64,000 nucleotides of DNA from Mobula hypostoma (lineage: Eukaryota), in the NCBI RefSeq assembly GCF_963921235.1, contig NC_086122.1, positions 24,180,001 to 24,244,000 on the forward strand, in the 5' to 3' direction. The number at the start of each line of letters is the position of its first letter. Within the stretch, counting starts at the first letter, position 1. The notes beneath the pieces were generated by a model. The model was not told where the DNA came from, searched no databases, and saw nothing but the letters and a program-made list of their open reading frames with translations. The position numbers and the translations under genes are program-made. Positions 62,518 through 64,000 of this stretch are shown one piece after another.

Positions 62518-63178
62518 TAGATTAGATTATGAGGACACTCAGTCCTCGTTTATTGTCATTTAGAAATGCATGCATTAAAAAATGATACAATGTTCCTCCA
62601 GTATGATATCACAGAAACACAAGACAGACCAAGACTGAAACAAACAAAAACCACATAATTATAACATATAGTTACAACAGTGCAAAGCAATACCGTAATT
62701 TGATAAGAGCAGACCATGGGCACAGTAAAAAAAGAAGTCTCAAAGTCCCGATAGCCCCAACATCTCACGCAGACGGTAGAAGGGAGAAACTCTGCCTGCC
62801 ATGAGCTTCCAGCGCCATAAACTTGCCGATGCAGCATCCTGGAAGCACCCAACAACAGTGCGACCCTGTCCGTCCGAAAACTTCGAGCCTCCGACCTGCA
62901 CTCCGACACCGAGCACTATCTCCACCGAGCGCTTCGACCCCGGCCCCAGCCGCCAAGCAACAGGCAAAGCCGATGATTCGGGGCCTTCCCCTCCGGAGAT
63001 TTCGAATCACACAGTAGCGGCGGCAGCGAAACTGGCATTTCGGAAGTTTCACCAGATGTTCCTCCGTGCTCTCACGTCTGCCTCCATCAAATCAGGATTG
63101 TATACTTGACAGATAACAGATAATCATCACCGGAGAGGCCACGCGCGCTGCGTCGCGCCACCACCTTCTCCTCCTGCC
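62518..63178 (-). mobile_element. Family X retroposon, full length
   Basis: Reverse complement of 55499-56133. Confidence 0.8.
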
Positions 63179-63597
63179 TAATAATCATTCCTCTCTGTAT
63201 TTATAACCAGGATGCTCTTTGAGCATTCTTCTTAGTTAGCCTGAGAGTCCAGATCTAGTACAGAGGGGTAGACAATGGCCATTCATTTTCTTGCATTTCA
63301 GCAATCTGTTGTGGGCTGTGATGTTTCAATATTCAGTAGAAACATGAATCTAAGGAAAATGCAGAGAACCACCAATAATCATTCAAATATTTTAGTTTTT
63401 GAATCTGGAGGCCTTGAATTATAGGTCTTTAGAGACCAGTTTAGCCAGTGGAAGAGACAGGGTAGGATGCAGCGAAATAGAACTCACCACCTCCATACAT
63501 TTTTCACGAGTTAGATATTCTTCACCGCAGACCTCTCAATTCACATGGAACCTCTCTCTTGTTCATAGTAGATTTTGGACAAACCCGAACAGGATTC

Positions 63598-64000
63598 TAA
63601 CACTCACAAAATGTCGGAGGAGCTCAGTAGGTCAGGCAGCACAAACACGAGAAAGTCTGCAGATGCTGGAAATCCATAGCGACCCACACAAAATGCTGGA
63701 GGAGCTCAGCAGGCCAGGCAGCGTCCATGGAAAAGAATAAACAGTCAATGTTTCGGGCCGAGACCCTTCATCAGGACTGGAAAGGAGGAGGGCATATGAC
63801 AGAATGAAAAGGTGGTGGGAGGGGAAGGAGAACAAACTAGAAGGCGATAGGTGAAGCCAGGTGGGTCAGGGATGGGTGAAGTAGTAAGAGGCTGGGAGGT
63901 GACAGGTGGAAAAGGCAAAGGATTGGAGGAGGAGGAGGAACCTGGAGAGGAGAGTGGACCATGAGAGAAAGGGAAAGAGGAGGGGCACGGGAGGGGGGGG
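63598..64000 (-). mobile_element. Penelope pseudo-LTR(s), runs off the window
   Basis: caaacacgagaaagtctgcagatgctggaaatcc…; hammerhead at 63742-63779. Confidence 0.82.
63742..63779 (-). ncRNA. Minimal hammerhead ribozyme, core intact but helix III CpG-decayed
   Basis: CAGUC CUGAUGA A GGGU-CUCG-GCCC GAAA CAUU GACUG. Confidence 0.6.

Noticed and set aside
1-64000. Host protein-coding genes among the listed ORFs
   Set aside because: ORFs are short and either translate to CR1, Rex1, RTE, Penelope or Tc1 motifs or are low-complexity or antisense frames; I found no consistent exon chain, although small exons cannot be excluded by eye

Overview
This is eukaryotic, repeat-dominated, non-coding DNA. 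The repeat repertoire (several CR1 LINE families, Rex1/Babar LINEs, Penelope-like GIY-YIG retroelements, V-SINE-like and other tRNA-headed SINEs, RTE-derived non-autonomous elements, Tc1 and hAT MITEs) fits a cartilaginous fish, most likely a batoid (ray); this is inference, not a database hit. I found no supportable host protein-coding exon. Every recognisable ORF in the track is a transposon fragment, so the window looks like a gene desert or large intron, with repeat-free islands (about 16.4-17.9 kb and 58.7-60.35 kb) that look like developmental enhancers. The most interesting signals are: (1) an HDV-like ribozyme fold starting exactly at the TSD-defined 5' end of a non-autonomous RTE retroposon (53832-54023), with an atypical hairpin inserted in loop L3, plus a probable decayed second example (11662-11775); (2) a series of minimal hammerhead ribozymes in Penelope pseudo-LTRs, from intact to decayed, often in foldback arrangement; (3) composite Tc1/mariner elements built from ~60-bp palindromic mini-MITEs that carry cargo; (4) two short inverted duplications of apparently unique sequence about 2 kb apart; and (5) minisatellites born inside CR1 LINEs. 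All folds, alignments and coordinates were read by eye. Family names come from recalled motifs and need Dfam/Repbase/Infernal confirmation.
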